Shown here: positions 60,984 to 64,000 of the stretch, in pieces
Layout of the letters: the number at the start of each line of letters is the position of its first letter
How positions within the stretch are numbered: position 1 is the first letter of the stretch
NCBI GenBank assembly: GCA_965208615.1
Contig: CBDBPB010000002.1
Span: 1-64,000, forward strand
Direction: 5' to 3'
DNA: 64,000 nt
Origin: Spirochaetota bacterium
Lineage (GTDB): Bacteria > Spirochaetota > UBA6919 > CBDBPB01
Position numbers and translations under genes: made by a program
The notes under the pieces: model-generated
Database searches by the model: none
What the model saw: the letters and a program-made list of their open reading frames with translations, nothing else
Told to the model about the DNA's origin: nothing

Positions 60984-61292
60984 TTAATCAGCTAAAACTT
61001 CTTTTTTAGTTTTTGTATTTTTCTTATCTTTTTTATCTTTTCCAATCATTTTACCTAATGCAAAAGCCATTCGCTGGAATATCTCATCAACTTTAGCCTT
61101 TGAACCACACTTCATATAAAGAGGAAGAGCATTTAATGGTAATCTTTTTTCATAGAAATAATGATCTGCAACTCTTAATATACCATCCTGATAGTCAGCT
61201 CTCATAAAATATTTCTTTGCAGTTTCTACTTCTCCATTATTAAAAAGCTCATTTCCTTTTCTAATAAAAAACATTTTATCTTTACTAGTCAT
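60984..61292 (-). CDS. Hypothetical helical protein
   Basis: 102-aa ORF with GGGG RBS; IRKGNELFNNG...AKKYF. Confidence 0.65.
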   Translation of the reverse strand: MTSKDKMFFIRKGNELFNNGEVETAKKYFMRADYQDGILRVADHYFYEKRLPLNALPLYMKCGSKAKVDEIFQRMAFALGKMIGKDKKDKKNTKTKKEVLAD

Positions 61293-61789
61293 TTTAATCC
61301 CCTATTAATTAAACCCCTTTTATATTAAAATAATATCATAATAAAGATCGGCCTAATAATAAAAAACTTGTAATATTCCTAAGCTATGCTATTATCATAC
61401 TGCTAAAACTTATTAATACTCTTTAAGTTAACTTATACTAACACGTTTATAATAAGACAATTAAAACTAATTGACTCCTCAATTTTATATACAGTTGTAT
61501 ATAATATAAATTTAATTAATTTTTACAAAAAGAAAAACACTTACTTTAAAATAGTGTAACAAAATAATGTAACACTTTGTTAAAGGTTATAATTTCTTTG
61601 TAGAAAAATAAAATTATAATATAACAGTTTATTAAAGCCTTTGCTAAAAAAGATAGCAGTGAAAAGCTATTTCCTTAAGCATAAAAGTATAATATATTTT
61701 TAATATAAACTTTTGTAGTTTTTTATGATTTATGCCAATAATGATAAATTAAATAATTATTGGCACAGCAAAAAATGGAGCTTATTAAA

Positions 61790-63343
61790 ATGAAAAAAAT
61801 AGTTTATATTATAATAATTAGCTTAGTAATTCCCTATGGGACTATGTATGGTTTTCAGGTAGAAGAAAATGAAATAAAAAAAGCTAAGAAAGTTAAATTC
61901 ATAAATTATAAAGGAAAATATAGTAAAACAGATTCAGTAAAAAGTGTTAGGCTAATTGGTAGTCAATTATCTGAGGGAATTGATAAAGATAATAACTACT
62001 TTAACTTTTATGGTAAATATTCTATTATTCATGCAACTTCTGAAGAAGAAAAAGATAAACTATCTGCTGATATAATATCCATTGACAAAAAAGCACAAGT
62101 AAAACATATTAATTATATCCGCTATATAATTTCCGAATACCTTATGAAAAAATATGACTATTCCAAAAAAGATGGAGACTCCCTTGCCCTTTTTATAACC
62201 TATTATAACGCCATTTATCGTGGTAATATCGAATATATAAAGTCTAAATATAAAAAGGTTGTACTAAAACATATAAATAAAAAGAATGCTGGTATTTCTA
62301 CTGTATATTATGATTGGCCGGGTAAGACTAAAATACTTATACCTTTATCTGATAGAAAATCAGTTGATCCTTTTGCAGTATCTGATGATAAGGTCAGAGA
62401 AGAGGTTAGAAAAGATGATTCTAATATTGATGAACGTAAAAAAATTGTCAAGCTAAAAGAAAAAGATATTGGCCAAGACAAAAAAGAACTTGATAAATTA
62501 AAAGATAAACTAACTAAAGAAAAAACACAACTAGATAAACGTAAAACCGATATAGATAAAGAAAAGAAAGATAGTACAAAAACAGAACTTGTAAAAAAAG
62601 AAGAAAAAGAGATAGCAAAAAAAGAACAAAAAATTAAAGAAAAAGAAGAAGTATTAAAGAAAAAAGAAGAAAGCTTAAAAAAAGATAAAGTAGCTCTTAA
62701 AGAAGATGAAATAAAAAAAGAAATAAAAAAAGACCCTGTTAAGTTTAGCAAAAAGCTAAAGGAAAAATCAAAAGAACTTGATGAAAGAGAAGATCGTCTT
62801 AGAGATAAACAGGTAGATAAAAATATATTCGGGAATATGCTGTATTACCTAAAAGTTAAAAAGTATCTAAAAGATGGACATTATGATAATGAAATGTATA
62901 TGATAAATGCTTCTAATGGTAAAGTTGTTTTGAAATCTCCTGTTAATAATATATGCGGTAAAAAGTATGACATTTTTGCAAAAGGTATAGTTGTAATTAC
63001 TCATAGAGGGGGACATAGTAGTTATCATCGTCTTACAATTCTTGATAGAAAAACTCTAAAAGCTATTAACTCTAGTAATACTAATATATTTTGGCGTAGC
63101 TTTGTAGAGATAAGAGAAGGATTTATTTATACAGTAATAGTTGATAGTGGTGGTTATAGACTGGCAAAACATGATAATGAGTTAAAGCTAAAAGCTAAAT
63201 CGGATGTTTTTATTGCAGAGAATACTTTTATAACTTTTTTTAAAGACCTTATTTATATAAATGCTAAGGATGGTAAAAAAGTTATTATACTAAAAAAAGA
63301 TAACCTAAAAAAGATTGCTGAGGTAAATACTGAAGGATTCTAA
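61790..63343 (+). CDS. P83/100-like spirochaetal antigen
   Basis: VKFINYKG, SADIISIDKKAQVKHI, LALFITYYNAIYRG, WPGKT.ILIPL, long Lys/Glu coiled coil; GGAG before ATG 61790. Confidence 0.75.
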   Translation: MKKIVYIIIISLVIPYGTMYGFQVEENEIKKAKKVKFINYKGKYSKTDSVKSVRLIGSQLSEGIDKDNNYFNFYGKYSIIHATSEEEKDKLSADIISIDKKAQVKHINYIRYIISEYLMKKYDYSKKDGDSLALFITYYNAIYRGNIEYIKSKYKKVVLKHINKKNAGISTVYYDWPGKTKILIPLSDRKSVDPFAVSDDKVREEVRKDDSNIDERKKIVKLKEKDIGQDKKELDKLKDKLTKEKTQLDKRKTDIDKEKKDSTKTELVKKEEKEIAKKEQKIKEKEEVLKKKEESLKKDKVALKEDEIKKEIKKDPVKFSKKLKEKSKELDEREDRLRDKQVDKNIFGNMLYYLKVKKYLKDGHYDNEMYMINASNGKVVLKSPVNNICGKKYDIFAKGIVVITHRGGHSSYHRLTILDRKTLKAINSSNTNIFWRSFVEIREGFIYTVIVDSGGYRLAKHDNELKLKAKSDVFIAENTFITFFKDLIYINAKDGKKVIILKKDNLKKIAEVNTEGF

Positions 63344-63531
63344 TGATTAATCATAGCTATATTTTATAAAGTTACTATTAAAAGGTTAAATTAAATTTTA
63401 TTTTTTATTAATAATTTAGCCTATTTCTTTTATTTTACAGGTTTAGAGGTCGATAAAAATATATATTTGATTATTATTCTTATAATGATATATAAGTTAT
63501 CTTAATCTATCGTAAAAGGGGTTTTATAGGC

Positions 63532-64000
63532 ATGATATATAAAAAAACTTTGGTTTTTATGATTTTGCTTTTAATGATTATTTTTGATTGGTCAGGTATA
63601 GCTCATTCTGAGGTAAGTCATGAGGCTATTGTTATTAATACAGTAGATGACTTTGAAACTCCAGGTGAGTGGGTAGCTAAGTTTTCTAAATTTAGATCAA
63701 AAAATTGGGAAGACAGTGCAAAAAAACCATTTCAAGACTCCAACGCTTGGATAAAGTGGTTAAATAGTTCTTCTTATAAAAAAGGCTCTATATTACCAGA
63801 GGCAGTACAAAAAAACCCATATCTAAGAGATAAAGAAAAAACAATTTTGGCTGTTCGCGGAAAGTGGGATGTCTCAGGATATAACTGGTTAGTAATAGAG
63901 CCTAATGCTATAAGACCTTCTAAAGAGTATTCATTGGATTGGTTAAGATTAGTAGCAAAAAATAAAACCTTTAAACCTATGCGTACAAAATGGGATAAAT
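63532..64000 (+). CDS. Probable flagellar sheath protein FlaA family, 5' part (runs off window)
   Basis: Open frame with signal peptide, VDDFETPGEW and ILAVRGKWDVSGYNWLVIEP resembling FlaA. Confidence 0.55.
   Translation, partial: MIYKKTLVFMILLLMIIFDWSGIAHSEVSHEAIVINTVDDFETPGEWVAKFSKFRSKNWEDSAKKPFQDSNAWIKWLNSSSYKKGSILPEAVQKNPYLRDKEKTILAVRGKWDVSGYNWLVIEPNAIRPSKEYSLDWLRLVAKNKTFKPMRTKWDK

Noticed and set aside
1-64000. tRNA or rRNA genes
   Set aside because: No GC-rich cloverleaf or rRNA-like segments seen in the intergenic regions.

Overview
AT-rich bacterial chromosomal segment, most likely from a spirochaete (P83/100-like and FlaA-like genes at the right end). Housekeeping blocks: ffh-rpsP-khpA-rimM-trmD-rplS-rnhB; hisBHAF-pcm; maf-rpsB-tsf-pyrH-frr-uppS-cdsA; cbiG/cobJ/cobS/cobC; hypA-hypB-hypF. 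Accessory material between them: a CDP-alcohol transferase/HAD/nucleotidyltransferase operon (DIP-synthesis-like, with ino1 elsewhere in the window), a decayed type ISP/IIG restriction-modification gene, an orphan microcompartment-type aldehyde dehydrogenase, a Pmp-like repeat lipoprotein, a complete type I-B CRISPR-Cas locus with a 4-repeat array, a truncated IS1595-family element carrying a type II RM pair, and a glycan-modification cluster ending in four tandem diversified membrane-protein paralogues. Most notable: (1) a hidden one-spacer mini-array of CRISPR-like repeats filling the cas3-cas4 gap; its first repeat is split by a GC-rich hairpin insert and its last repeat supplies part of the cas4 ribosome-binding site (candidate Cas6/Cascade autoregulatory RNA); (2) Cas5 with a ~60-aa helical insertion; (3) a four-gene GT-C-like array whose spacers each carry a copy of the last 47 bp of hypF; (4) three separate gene gains bracketed by long (40-147 bp) direct duplications; (5) kb-scale flips of G/C strand bias between co-oriented genes. 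Several +1 homopolymer frameshifts in the first 12.5 kb (including ffh) are probably sequencing errors. All calls are from reading motifs by eye; no searches were run.
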